From positions 1 to 31,570 of the forward strand of contig JBHHVU010000038.1 of assembly GCA_046754465.1 (NCBI GenBank): a DNA stretch of 31,570 bases, read 5' to 3'. This document shows positions 1-9,244 of the stretch, piece after piece (the first letter of the stretch is position 1; every line of letters starts with the position of its first letter). The notes under the pieces are model-generated. The model was not told the origin of the DNA, did no database searches, and saw nothing but the letters and a program-made list of their open reading frames with translations. The position numbers were made by a program, and so were the translations under genes. The stretch is from Nitrospinaceae bacterium. GTDB taxonomy: Bacteria; Nitrospinota; Nitrospinia; Nitrospinales; VA-1.

Positions 1-1185
1 GAGGTCGTCGTCGCTCTTTTCCCCGCTTTTACCTTCGGCGGGCGCCTCCTTGGGGTCGGCGGAATCTTGGGTATCCCCGGCTTTGGCGAGGATATTTGCC
101 GGCTCCTTGTCCCCGGAAGTTTCAGCGGTGGAGGGTTTTTCCTCTTCGGGAACTTGAGGCGGTTCCGGGTCTTTTTCCAGGGGCGGGGTGGGGGTTTGGG
201 AGACAGGGCCGCCCGATTCGTCCATTCCCTTTTCCGATACATGGGAATCGGGAGTTGCCGGGTCCATTTCGGCAGAGGCGGCCTCCTCACCATGGGTGGC
301 GTCCCCGGCTTCCGGGTGGGCCGGCGGCGTGTCTGCTGCGGGTGAATTTTCCGATTCCGGGGAGAGGGATGTTTCGCCGGGGTTTCCCTCCGTTAGGGCA
401 TCCGAACCATTTTCACCCTGATTTTCCACGATGGCGGATTCCCCGGCCGCTTCCTCTGTTTGCGCGGTTTCCTTTGCAGGAGGAACAGGAGGTTTTGGAG
501 GATCGATTTCCTTCTTGGGAGAGGCCGGTCCCGCATCTTGGAGGGAATCCTCCACGGCGGTGGATGTCGTCCCGGGTTCCCTATTTTTCCCCGCGGTTTC
601 CCCTGAGGGCTCGTTAAATTCCTCCCGGATGATCTCGTCAAAAAAATCGTCGAGGTTGTCCCCATTGATTTCTTCGGAAACGGTGGAAGGCAAAGAGAGA
701 TCTTCTTCCGATGGATTGTCCTTTGTCTGCTTGCCCAGATCTTTCTGGATGATTTCATCGAACAGGTCTTCGAGGAAATCATCGCTCGGAAGATTGTCCT
801 GGGCAAGTTCCAACTCCGGCGAATCGGGCTGGGGGGCGGGGGAGGCCGGGGGTGAATCTTCGATCTTTTCGTCGAAGAGTTGGTCCAGGTAGTCGTCCAG
901 GTTTTCCTCGGTGTCAAAGGGGGAGTCCTGCCGGGATTGTGCCAAATCACCGGAGCCTTCATCCCGGTCTGGAATGAAATCATCAAAGGATTTGTCCCGC
1001 CCCAGGGATTTGATGTTCGGTCCCGGAGACCCCACCATTTTTTCAGGAAGAGCCGCATCCCGGGAGGTCTGTTGGACCAGGAATTTGCTCTTGCACCGGG
1101 CGCATTTTACCTTGACATCCTTCTGGCTGGTTTCCGGGAGCCGAACCTCGTAGGCTGCTTGACAATCCGGGCAAATAATTTTCAT
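1..1185 (-). CDS. Zinc-ribbon (MJ0042-type) N-terminal domain protein with long acidic/Pro-rich linker; partial, runs off the left edge
   Basis: Not in the ORF track. Manual translation from ATG at 1185 gives MKIICPDCQAAYEVRLPETSQKDVKVKCARCKSKFLV (CxxC...CxxC). The frame stays open to position 1 and is D/E/P/S-rich. Confidence 0.88.
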   Translation of the reverse strand, partial: MKIICPDCQAAYEVRLPETSQKDVKVKCARCKSKFLVQQTSRDAALPEKMVGSPGPNIKSLGRDKSFDDFIPDRDEGSGDLAQSRQDSPFDTEENLDDYLDQLFDEKIEDSPPASPAPQPDSPELELAQDNLPSDDFLEDLFDEIIQKDLGKQTKDNPSEEDLSLPSTVSEEINGDNLDDFFDEIIREEFNEPSGETAGKNREPGTTSTAVEDSLQDAGPASPKKEIDPPKPPVPPAKETAQTEEAAGESAIVENQGENGSDALTEGNPGETSLSPESENSPAADTPPAHPEAGDATHGEEAASAEMDPATPDSHVSEKGMDESGGPVSQTPTPPLEKDPEPPQVPEEEKPSTAETSGDKEPANILAKAGDTQDSADPKEAPAEGKSGEKSDDDL

Positions 1186-1196
1186 AAATAATTGTT

Positions 1197-1209
1197 AATC
1201 AAAAGGTTA
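1197..1209 (+). promoter_or_regulatory. IHF-consensus site
   Basis: AATCAAAAGGTTA matches WATCAANNNNTTR, in the AT-rich divergent intergenic region. Confidence 0.4.
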
Positions 1210-1221
1210 GGATTTCGATTT

Positions 1222-1249
1222 ATTATATTCCAATTATATAAAATATCAA
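1222..1249 (-). promoter_or_regulatory. Putative sigma70 promoter for the zinc-ribbon gene
   Basis: Minus strand TTGATA-16 nt-TATAAT. Confidence 0.45.
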
Positions 1250-1315
1250 TAAATTCCTGAAAAATCACTCATAATTTTAATGGTAAATCTTTGTTTTTAA
1301 TGAATCAATACACAT

Positions 1316-1344
1316 TTGACAACCCGCTGGCACTCCACTATAAT
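1316..1344 (+). promoter_or_regulatory. Consensus sigma70 promoter upstream of the lytic transglycosylase
   Basis: TTGACA-17 nt-TATAAT, a perfect consensus match. Confidence 0.8.
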
Positions 1345-1484
1345 CTACACGCTGTTGGGATGGTTATAAAGGGGAAGGGCCATTTTGTAACCATTGGGTA
1401 TTTACTTTTCATTCCCGTACGTGGCTTGGCGGAAGTTATAATTCTGAATTCGGTTTCCTTATTTCCCATGGGCGGAGGATCATT

Positions 1485-2153
1485 TTGCTCTCTAAAAATT
1501 GGAGCACGGTTTTTTCCTTAACTCTAGCGATCGCGTGCACGGGTTTTTTTTCCGGCAAACTGCCCTATGCGGGCAAAGGCATGTCCCCCTATGTCCTTGC
1601 GGCTCACCATTGGGAAGGCCGGGTATTCCTGGAGCACCGGAAAACCTCCGAATACCATTCCAGGATTCGGGAAACCAGGGTTCGGGATCAAATTTTCCAG
1701 GTGGTTTCAAAATACCGGACGGGTCTGGATTCCCATTACCTGCAAAAGATCTCCCATTGGATCGTTGAAGAGAGCCAAAAGTACCGCTATGATCCGCTTT
1801 TGCTGACCGCTCTTATCATAACAGAAAGCTCTTTTTACAATTGGGCCCGGTCTCACCGCGGCGCACTGGGTCTCATGCAAATTCAACCCGAAACCGGCAT
1901 GGAGCTTGCCGCGGAAACCCGGTTGGAGTGGAGGGGCAAGCCCACGTTGTACGATCCGGCCAAAAATATCGCCCTCGGAGCCTACTATCTGAATAAATTG
2001 ATTCAACGCTTCGGAGACTTGGCGCTGGCGCTTGAAGCATACAATTACGGCCCCACTCGATTAGTTCGATACCTGAAAAGAGGCTACCGGCCCCAAGGCT
2101 ATTCCAGAAGGGTTCTTAATCGATACGAATTGATCAGGCCCCAGCCCATTTAA
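1485..2153 (+). CDS. Lytic transglycosylase (SLT domain), N-terminal signal/anchor
   Basis: Motifs ALIITESSF (catalytic Glu), GALGLMQI, NIALGAYYL and ALEAYNYGP; GGAGG precedes the TTG start. Confidence 0.92.
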   Translation: MLSKNWSTVFSLTLAIACTGFFSGKLPYAGKGMSPYVLAAHHWEGRVFLEHRKTSEYHSRIRETRVRDQIFQVVSKYRTGLDSHYLQKISHWIVEESQKYRYDPLLLTALIITESSFYNWARSHRGALGLMQIQPETGMELAAETRLEWRGKPTLYDPAKNIALGAYYLNKLIQRFGDLALALEAYNYGPTRLVRYLKRGYRPQGYSRRVLNRYELIRPQPI

Positions 2154-2396
2154 TGCGTTGCGGTGTTCATTGCATGAGGAGCCGGGTCCGCCTCCCGGTG
2201 ATGGTTTTTGCCTGGGAGGCCGATAAGAAAACGATGATGGAAATTTTTGGGATCGGCCGGTTAATGGATGGGAGCCATTCCCAGTAATCCTCTTTCTAAC
2301 TGCGAGAGTTTCTTTGATTCCCCGGACTCCCACCCCTGGCGCGGATGGCTTTTTCGGCCCGATTCCTTTCCCGTTTTGCATTGTAACTGGGTAGTC

Positions 2397-2840
2397 ATGC
2401 TGTTACCGGAAACAACCCCCTCCCATATTGTTCAAAATCGCTCCCCATTTCAATTCCCCAAGGGTTCGACGTCCAGCCTGTATGGATTATCCCTTTTCAT
2501 TTTGATCGGCTTGGTTTTGTTGACGGCCGGGTGCGCGGACCGGAAACTCGAAAATGCCTTTGAGGGGGATTATTCTTCAGCCAAAAATAACAAAATCATC
2601 AATGAATATTGCCAAAGCTGCCATATCCATAAAAATCTGGAGCCGCGCAAGCATATGACAGCGGTGCGGAATCTTTATAAGAGGCCCTTCTTCCGCCGGG
2701 CCACCCAGTGCCGGAACTGTCATTATATTGAGAAAAACTGGGTGCATAATACTTATGGACGAAAAACAAGAAGCCCGAAAGAAGCCAACCGGGGAGGGTA
2801 TCGGGATATTGAAAAGGCCCATGGCAAGAGGAAAAAATGA
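2397..2840 (+). CDS. Putative diheme c-type cytochrome lipoprotein
   Basis: Hydrophobic stretch ending in lipobox LTAG-C; two CxxCH motifs (CQSCH, CRNCH). Start codon uncertain. Confidence 0.7.
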   Translation: MLLPETTPSHIVQNRSPFQFPKGSTSSLYGLSLFILIGLVLLTAGCADRKLENAFEGDYSSAKNNKIINEYCQSCHIHKNLEPRKHMTAVRNLYKRPFFRRATQCRNCHYIEKNWVHNTYGRKTRSPKEANRGGYRDIEKAHGKRKK

Positions 2841-2929
2841 CGTGAACCCTGGGCTGGGGCATCCGCCATCACGACGGAAAAGTCCGGGGGGGGGATTTTT
2901 CAGCTTCTTTTTCCAGGAGGGGGATTGAA

Positions 2930-5065
2930 TTGAAAAGTTTCTGTTTACAATTTTTTTGGCCGTGGGTTCTGGCCGGAGCCTGGGTTCTTTCCCTGGGGAC
3001 CGCCGAGGTCCTTGCCTTCTCCTTCGGAGGCATCGATATCCGGAGCGGTTTTGGTGAACGATTTGATGCGGAAGTGGTTTTGACCGTGGAAGGAGATGAG
3101 GATGTTCAGGTCGCCATTGGCAGCAAGGAGGATTACCGTAAGCTGGAACTAGAACGTCCCCGGATCGTTGAGGAATTGTCGATAGAAAAGCTGGTTGAAA
3201 ACCAGGCTTCCAGGAAAATCGTCCATGTCGTATCCAAAAAGCCCCTGTTCTATCCCTCCTTCAACTTGGTCCTTCGCGGTACGCAGGATGGCGGTACCTT
3301 GCTGGAGAACTATCTGATCACCGTGGACTTCCGCCAGAGTCTGGCCCTGAATGTCAAGGGCGCTAAAAAGAAAGAGCCGGAAGTTTCCTCCCCTCCGGAA
3401 ACGGTGGATTTGCTTCAGGGAGGGGAAGCGGCTCCTGAATCTCCCCCGGACCAGGAGGAGAAAGATGAAGTGAAAGCGGGAGAGGAGAAGAGCATGGAGG
3501 AACCGGCCGCTCCCGCCGAACCTCCCGCCTCCCCGGAAGCGAAGCCATCGATGCCGGGACCCTCCCTGTTGACAGCTCCTGCCGCTCAATCCAGGGCTCC
3601 GTCTCCGCTGGTGGGGGGTAGGGCTCCGGAAACTCATTTCCCCGGCGCGACGCGGGTCTCCCCCCGTCTGGTGCCCTCGCCGCCCCCCATCCAGGCTCCC
3701 CGATCCCAAAATGAAGTGGAAGAGTCGGCCGTAGTGGCGGAACTTCCCCAGGAAAACGCCGCTCCGGCCCCCGCCGAAGCGCCTGGGGGGCCGGAACCGG
3801 ATTCGGGCGCGAATGTGGATTCCGGGCTGAGCCCGGCGTTTTATGGTCCTTTGAAACGAGGGGAGAACCTGTTTTCCGTGACCCGGAAACTCAATATTCC
3901 AGAGGCCGATGCGACGCGGGTCGTGGTGGCGTTATGGATGACCAACCCGGATAATTTCCTTTACGGGAATATGAACGGCCTCCTGGCCGGGGCGCGGTTG
4001 AATCTGGAAAGCCTGGAGGAACGATTGGCTCAGCTGGATTCCAGGACCGCGAAGGAAATTCTTCTCAATCAATGGCAGGAATGGAAAATCATTCAGAAAC
4101 GGCGGTCCCTTCCCCGGGAGGAGGCCCGTGATTCGGAGAGCCTGGAGGTTCCCCTTCCGTCCGAAAAAATTCAGGGCAAGGAACAAATTTTCGCGATGCT
4201 CCGGGATTGGAAAAAAAGTTGGGAAGAAAAAGATCTGGACGGGCACATGGCACTTTTCGCCACCGTTGGCAGGCGCGATGCGGACAGGAAGTACGGGGAA
4301 GTGCTATCGGTAAAAAAAAAATTGTTTCGGCGCCATGATAACGTTCGCCTCCGGATGGCGCGGGCTCTCCTGATATTCAACGCGGGGCGTCCGGTGGTTT
4401 CCTTCGGGCAGGAGTTTTCCTCGAACCGAATGGAGAGCTTCGGACAAAAGGAAATGGAACTGGTCCGGGAAGCGTCGGATTGGAAGATTCTCGACGAAAA
4501 GTTCCGGGTGGTATCGTACCGGGAAATGGATGGGGCCTCATCACCCCGGGCGGTCACGGTATCGAACAGGGATGGTTTCCATGAGGGGGAGCCTCCCTCC
4601 TCGCCACGGGTGATTCACGCTTCCAGCCACATGGATTTTTCCACGGCGACGGAGGCCGCCAACAGGTTGAGGAACCAGGGGTTCGACGCTTATTCCTGTC
4701 CGGTGTTCATTTCTCGTCATCGAAAAATCTACCGGGTTTACGTGGGACGGTTTTCCGGTGAGGACGTGGCCAGGAAACTGAGCCGGCGAGTGAGAGGGCT
4801 GGGGCCCGCGCGTTACGCCATTCCCGTCCGTTATCCTTACTCGATTCAAGTGGGTGCCTTTGGTTCGGAAGGGGAAGCGGGGGAACAGCTGCTTCGTCTG
4901 AGAGCAAAAGGGGTTTCCCCCTTTTTATTCACTACCAGCGAAAACGATTTTTCCACCACCCGATTCCGCGTGCTGGTGGGCGCCTTCGCCAGGAAACGGG
5001 ATGCGGAAAGGTATTCCAGGGAATTGAAAAAAAAAGATATATCATTCACCCTGGTGAAGCCCTGA
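2930..5065 (+). CDS. Periplasmic FimV-like protein: FimV N-domain, Pro-rich linker, FimV LysM-like core, NTF2-like domain, two SPOR domains
   Basis: Signal peptide followed by FSFGGIDIRSGFGERFDAEVVL (FimV N-term-like). YGPLKRGENLF...VVALWMTNPDNFLYGNMNGLLAGARL (FimV core). LRDWKKSWEEKDLDGHMALF (NTF2-like). YRVYVGRF and YSIQVGAF...FRVLVGAF (SPOR). Confidence 0.78.
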   Translation: MKSFCLQFFWPWVLAGAWVLSLGTAEVLAFSFGGIDIRSGFGERFDAEVVLTVEGDEDVQVAIGSKEDYRKLELERPRIVEELSIEKLVENQASRKIVHVVSKKPLFYPSFNLVLRGTQDGGTLLENYLITVDFRQSLALNVKGAKKKEPEVSSPPETVDLLQGGEAAPESPPDQEEKDEVKAGEEKSMEEPAAPAEPPASPEAKPSMPGPSLLTAPAAQSRAPSPLVGGRAPETHFPGATRVSPRLVPSPPPIQAPRSQNEVEESAVVAELPQENAAPAPAEAPGGPEPDSGANVDSGLSPAFYGPLKRGENLFSVTRKLNIPEADATRVVVALWMTNPDNFLYGNMNGLLAGARLNLESLEERLAQLDSRTAKEILLNQWQEWKIIQKRRSLPREEARDSESLEVPLPSEKIQGKEQIFAMLRDWKKSWEEKDLDGHMALFATVGRRDADRKYGEVLSVKKKLFRRHDNVRLRMARALLIFNAGRPVVSFGQEFSSNRMESFGQKEMELVREASDWKILDEKFRVVSYREMDGASSPRAVTVSNRDGFHEGEPPSSPRVIHASSHMDFSTATEAANRLRNQGFDAYSCPVFISRHRKIYRVYVGRFSGEDVARKLSRRVRGLGPARYAIPVRYPYSIQVGAFGSEGEAGEQLLRLRAKGVSPFLFTTSENDFSTTRFRVLVGAFARKRDAERYSRELKKKDISFTLVKP

Positions 5066-5113
5066 CCGGTTGGGAAAGGCGAATCTTTTTGGGATGGTTT
5101 TTTTCCCGGGCAC

Positions 5114-5148
5114 AAAAAAACCGTCTCCCGGAAGGAAACGGTTTCTTT
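5114..5148. terminator. Bidirectional intrinsic terminator
   Basis: A7 run, stem AAACCGTCTCC/GGAAACGGTTT, T-rich tail; lies between convergent genes. Confidence 0.75.
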
Positions 5149-5178
5149 GAGATCCCGAATTTCTTGAATTTTCCTTAG

Positions 5179-5457
5179 CTATAATGCTTTTTTCAGGGTA
5201 GGAGCGGGCTTGAAGCCAACGGTTTTGCTGGCCTTAATTTTAATTTCCTCCCCGGTTTGAGGGTTACGCCCTTTTCGAGCTTTCCGGCTCCTCACCGTAA
5301 AAGTTCCAAAGCCCGGATAGGCGAATCTTTTTTCCTTTTTGATGGCTTTAGTCATATTCTCGAAGGCGGCATCAAGAATATCACTTGTCAACCTCTTGGA
5401 TAGATTAGGATCTTTACAGGTTTTTATCACATTGGTAATCAGTTCATCTTTCGTCAA
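5179..5457 (-). CDS. hup: DNA-binding protein HU
   Basis: MTKDELI...[41 protein letters not shown] is the HU/IHF signature; GGAGG SD present. Confidence 0.95.
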   Translation of the reverse strand: MTKDELITNVIKTCKDPNLSKRLTSDILDAAFENMTKAIKKEKRFAYPGFGTFTVRSRKARKGRNPQTGEEIKIKASKTVGFKPAPTLKKAL

Positions 5458-5498
5458 AAACCATCCCCTCCTTTCGGTAATGTTGATCCGGCGCGTGC

Positions 5499-5526
5499 AT
5501 TATAAAAAACCAGTGGTAAATGTCAA
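5499..5526 (-). promoter_or_regulatory. sigma70 promoter of HU gene
   Basis: Minus strand TTGACA-16 nt-TATAAT. Confidence 0.7.
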
Positions 5527-5658
5527 TTAAAAAAGTGTGGTATTCCATCCGCCCACCCTGCCAGAAAGGCGGATTTTAAGCCTTCCGCGGCGGGCCTGTG
5601 GTAAAATGTCCTCACCAACTGATTGTAAATTCTGTTTGGAGTTTGTTTCGTCTTGCCG

Positions 5659-5691
5659 TTATTCACAGGGGGTTCACAAGTATTTCACAAG
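5659..5691 (+). promoter_or_regulatory. Three TTCACA direct repeats with 11-bp period; candidate regulator binding site
   Basis: TTCACA at 5662, 5673 and 5684. Confidence 0.45.
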
Positions 5692-5788
5692 AAGAATTTG
5701 TTGATCCGGACGGTGGATTTCCCTATGAAATCCCCCGTTCTTTCCCGGGGCTCCGGAAACGGGTCCATCATCTTAAAGGAAAAACTCT

Positions 5789-6343
5789 ATGGCGGAGCTT
5801 AAAATAGCGAGGTTGGGGAACCCGGTTTTGCGAAAAATTTCGCGTCCCGTCCCCGTGGAAGAATTGACCGATCCGGACAGCGGGATTCAGGGTCTGATCG
5901 ATGATATGGCCGATTTCATGCGAAAAGAGGGCGGGGTGGGGTTGGCCGCGCCCCAGGTTTCACGACCCGTGAGAATTGTGATTGCCGAGTGCGAGGAAAG
6001 TGAACGATATCCCGGAAAGGAGTCGATTCCCCTGACCGTACTGGTCAATCCGGAGATCACCCGCGCCAGCGAGGAAAGGGTTCTCGGCTGGGAGAGTTGT
6101 TTGAGTTTGATCGATTTTCGCGGACTGGTGCCGCGTTCCAAAAAAATAACAGTGGAAGCCCTGGACCGCCGTGGGAAAAAAATGGTCATCGAAGCGGAAG
6201 GGTTTCTCGCCATCGTTCTTCAACACGAGATCGACCATCTCAACGGACTGGTTTTCCTGGACCGCATGGAGGACCTCACCCAGCTTGCCTATACGAAAGA
6301 ATTCGAGACTTACTGGTTGGAGAAGGACCCGGCCAGGATCTGA
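5789..6343 (+). CDS. def: Peptide deformylase
   Basis: GVGLAAPQV, ESCLS (EGCLS variant) and QHEIDHLNG motifs. Confidence 0.96.
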   Translation: MAELKIARLGNPVLRKISRPVPVEELTDPDSGIQGLIDDMADFMRKEGGVGLAAPQVSRPVRIVIAECEESERYPGKESIPLTVLVNPEITRASEERVLGWESCLSLIDFRGLVPRSKKITVEALDRRGKKMVIEAEGFLAIVLQHEIDHLNGLVFLDRMEDLTQLAYTKEFETYWLEKDPARI

Positions 6344-6417
6344 GGGCGGGAGAGGGACTCCCCCCTCGCCGGACCGGTTCCTGTTTCATCCCTGCTTTTC
6401 ATACTCGGTGATCTGCC

Positions 6418-6774
6418 ATGCCGGAAAATATGGACCCATTGGAAGAAGAAATCCTCCTGCTTTACCGGGAACCCGCGATCGGGGCGAGTTACTGCAACAC
6501 CTATGGTGAGGAAAACATCAAAAATCTTGTGGGCAAGTACCAAAGTCTTGACGAAGGGGGTATGAACCGGATGCGGGAAATGGTGGTGGATTTCTCCCAG
6601 TCGATGGACCTGACTTCCAGTTTCGTTTCCGTCGGGGTTTTACACGCCCTGGGGTTGACGCGGGAGGTGGAAGCGGCGTACCGCGTTGCCGGGACCCGTC
6701 AGGATGCCCAATCCTATATCCATCATTTCGACATTGGCAAATCCCTGGCCGACCATTTTCTTCTAAAACCCTGA
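6418..6774 (+). CDS. Hypothetical protein
   Basis: 118-aa ORF of protein-like composition filling the gap downstream of def; overlaps the convergent MFS stop by 12 nt. Confidence 0.7.
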   Translation: MPENMDPLEEEILLLYREPAIGASYCNTYGEENIKNLVGKYQSLDEGGMNRMREMVVDFSQSMDLTSSFVSVGVLHALGLTREVEAAYRVAGTRQDAQSYIHHFDIGKSLADHFLLKP

Positions 6775-8100
6775 TTTCCCCTCAGTGGGGTTGTTCAGGG
6801 GGTTGGTGGGACAGGGGTTGAATCCACTCGGGTCCACCGGCGACACGGAGCCCACACTTTTTCCTTGTTTCAACCGGTTGTGGACGAAAAGGAGGAATCC
6901 CATCCACAAAATGCCGGGAACGGCGAAGAGGCCCGCCATCCAGAAGGCGACCTCCCTCAGGCTAAGATGCAGTTCATCGACGGTGAATCCCACCGCCCAA
7001 TTGCTGATCCCCATGACCAGGGTCAGCAGGCCCATTTCCGTGCTGAAGACCCGTCCCAGATATCCTTCCTCAGCCTCCATGTGGATCATGGCGGAGCTGA
7101 AGACCCAGATGATGGAGCCGAAGAAGGTGGCCAAGCCAATGCACACCGTAGCGGTCCACAGGCCTGGTGAAACCCCCAGGAGCAGAATGGAGACCGCGCC
7201 CAGGAAGAATCCCGCCGCCGTCGCGGACTGAAGCACGAGGGAGGAATCCCCGAAAACCCGTTTGACCAGGATCGGTCCGGCCGCGGCGCCTATTCCCCGG
7301 GCGGAGTACATGAGGCCGATCCACATCGATAACGACGTGGGCGAGCCCAACATCTGGTGAGCGTACAGGGGAATCAGGGTCATGATGCCGCCGCTGACCG
7401 CCAGGCCGGATTTCAGGAGGGCGAGGACCATGACGATGGGTTCTGAAATCAGGTAACGGCCGCCCTCGATCAGGTTTTTGAATCCGCCTTGGCGGGCGGA
7501 CTTTTTCCGCCCCTCCATGTTTTCCATGCCGGAGGGGATGCGCAAGATGAATGCCGCTGAAACGAGGAAGGTCATCGCATCGAGGATGAATGCTGCCCGG
7601 ATGCCCAGCAGGCTGACCACTGCGCCGCCCAGGGCCGCGCCGAAGGCCAGCATCACCGACCAGGTGGATCCGCTCAGGGCATTGGCGGTCACCAGGTTTT
7701 TCCTGGGAATCAGCGAGGGAATGATGGCGCTGCGGGCGGGTTCGAAAAACCCCGCCATGGCGATTTCAAGGACCACCAGGGAGTAAAGGAGCCAGAGGTC
7801 GCCGGCATCCTCCACCCACAGGAGGCCGAGAACGATGAAGCATCGCAGGATATCGGTGATGATCATGACCTTCTTCCGGCTCATGCGGTCGACCACCACC
7901 CCCGCCACCGGGCTCACCAGGAAGATGGGCAGGAGTTTGGCCATCATGGCGCCCGCCATGGCCATCCCGGTGCCACTGAGTTGCAGAATCAGCGCATAGA
8001 TGGCAATGCTGTTTAGCCAGTCCCCCAATTCCGATACCACCTGGCCATACCACAGTGACCGGAAAGGACGATGGGTTTTCAGCAAGTCCAGGTAGCTCAT
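6763..8100 (-). CDS. MFS transporter (DHA3/H+ antiporter-like)
   Basis: About 12 TM segments; WYGQVVSELGDW, motif A GVVVDRMSRKKVM, FFEPARSAIIP, YLGRVFS. Confidence 0.92.
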   Translation of the reverse strand: MSYLDLLKTHRPFRSLWYGQVVSELGDWLNSIAIYALILQLSGTGMAMAGAMMAKLLPIFLVSPVAGVVVDRMSRKKVMIITDILRCFIVLGLLWVEDAGDLWLLYSLVVLEIAMAGFFEPARSAIIPSLIPRKNLVTANALSGSTWSVMLAFGAALGGAVVSLLGIRAAFILDAMTFLVSAAFILRIPSGMENMEGRKKSARQGGFKNLIEGGRYLISEPIVMVLALLKSGLAVSGGIMTLIPLYAHQMLGSPTSLSMWIGLMYSARGIGAAAGPILVKRVFGDSSLVLQSATAAGFFLGAVSILLLGVSPGLWTATVCIGLATFFGSIIWVFSSAMIHMEAEEGYLGRVFSTEMGLLTLVMGISNWAVGFTVDELHLSLREVAFWMAGLFAVPGILWMGFLLFVHNRLKQGKSVGSVSPVDPSGFNPCPTNPLNNPTEGKSGF

Positions 8101-8240
8101 GGGAAAATGGGATCGAGTCCGGGAAAAAGGGGGAATCCATGCCGGGCCCCCGCCGGGGACCGGGAAATCGGCGGGTCCGATTTTATTCCAAAAATCGGAG
8201 AAAACCGGTAAGAGGCCGTCACCAAGGGTTGATGAGGGGT

Positions 8241-8954
8241 TTAGGAGCCGAGTTTCTTTTTTTCGTCAAAAATAAGAACCACCGTTTTGCAAATCATCTC
8301 ATTGGTGATGTTGGCCGTGTTGAACGTGAGATCAAAGTGGAAGCATTCGTGAACGTTTTTGCCAAAATAGCTCCGGATGAAGTTTTCTCTTTTCTGGTCG
8401 GTTTCGCGGACGATCGTTTCCGCTTTTTTCTCCGGGATATTCCTCAATTCCGCGATATTTTTTATCCGTTGTTCCAAGGGGGCGGTCAGCCGGATGCGCA
8501 ACCCTTCTTTTTTAGCTTCCAGGATGTAATTGGAACCCCGGCCCAGGAAAATAGCGCTCTCCTGGGCTGCGATGACTTTCATCAGGCGGGAAATTTTCAC
8601 CACATAGTCTTCCTGGAGTATGGACCCCGAATGGATCAGGTAATGGACCCATTGGTCGACCATCTGCTGCCGGTGTTCGTCCAGGGTTTCGATAAAACTG
8701 CGGCTCAAATTGTCTCTCGCCGCCACATAATCCAGCAGGTTTCGGCCGTAAATTTTCCATCCCAGCGTTTTTTCAAGGAGGGGTAGGATTTCCTCCTCCC
8801 TGCAGCCAAGATCCCGGGAAATGGTGAGGAAGGGATACACCGTTATTTCACCCCGGTCCTGCCGTTCTTTTTCCTGTTTTCTTTTTAATTCCCATTCCTG
8901 GATTTTTTGAGCGATGATCTTTTCAGCAAGGGATTCCGGAAATACTGAGGTCAT
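8241..8954 (-). CDS. Cytidylate kinase-like family protein
   Basis: LTISRDLGC, IFLGRGSNYIL, LRIRLTAPLEQRI, ETDQKRENFIRSYF, FDLTFNT. Confidence 0.85.
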   Translation of the reverse strand: MTSVFPESLAEKIIAQKIQEWELKRKQEKERQDRGEITVYPFLTISRDLGCREEEILPLLEKTLGWKIYGRNLLDYVAARDNLSRSFIETLDEHRQQMVDQWVHYLIHSGSILQEDYVVKISRLMKVIAAQESAIFLGRGSNYILEAKKEGLRIRLTAPLEQRIKNIAELRNIPEKKAETIVRETDQKRENFIRSYFGKNVHECFHFDLTFNTANITNEMICKTVVLIFDEKKKLGS

Positions 8955-9244
8955 AAAAACTCCTGATCAAAAATGGTGAATCCGACGGTAATCGATGGTT
9001 CGGAGCAATAATAATCGCGCCGCAACAAATCTGCAACTTGAAAACTTCGGAGTCTCCGGATTGGTCCGGGTCCGCCTTTCGGGAAAATCCCCGGAGAATG
9101 GGGCGCGGGCCCATCCGGACAAGAAAAACAACCGTTTTTTCGGCCCAGGATAAATACCGTGCTAAAATGTTCAGGAATTCTGAACCCTGTTTTGGGTATC
9201 TTTTTAGCCAGGATCCCATTTTTTACTTGGAGAAATTTCGAGGC

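Noticed and set aside
67..1191. The ORFs listed in the track over the first 1.2 kb
   Set aside because: All are alternative frames of the real minus-strand zinc-ribbon gene (1185 to <1)
5530..5700. Replication origin based on DnaA-box-like words
   Set aside because: Only one consensus box, no AT-rich unwinding element, and no dnaA/dnaN context
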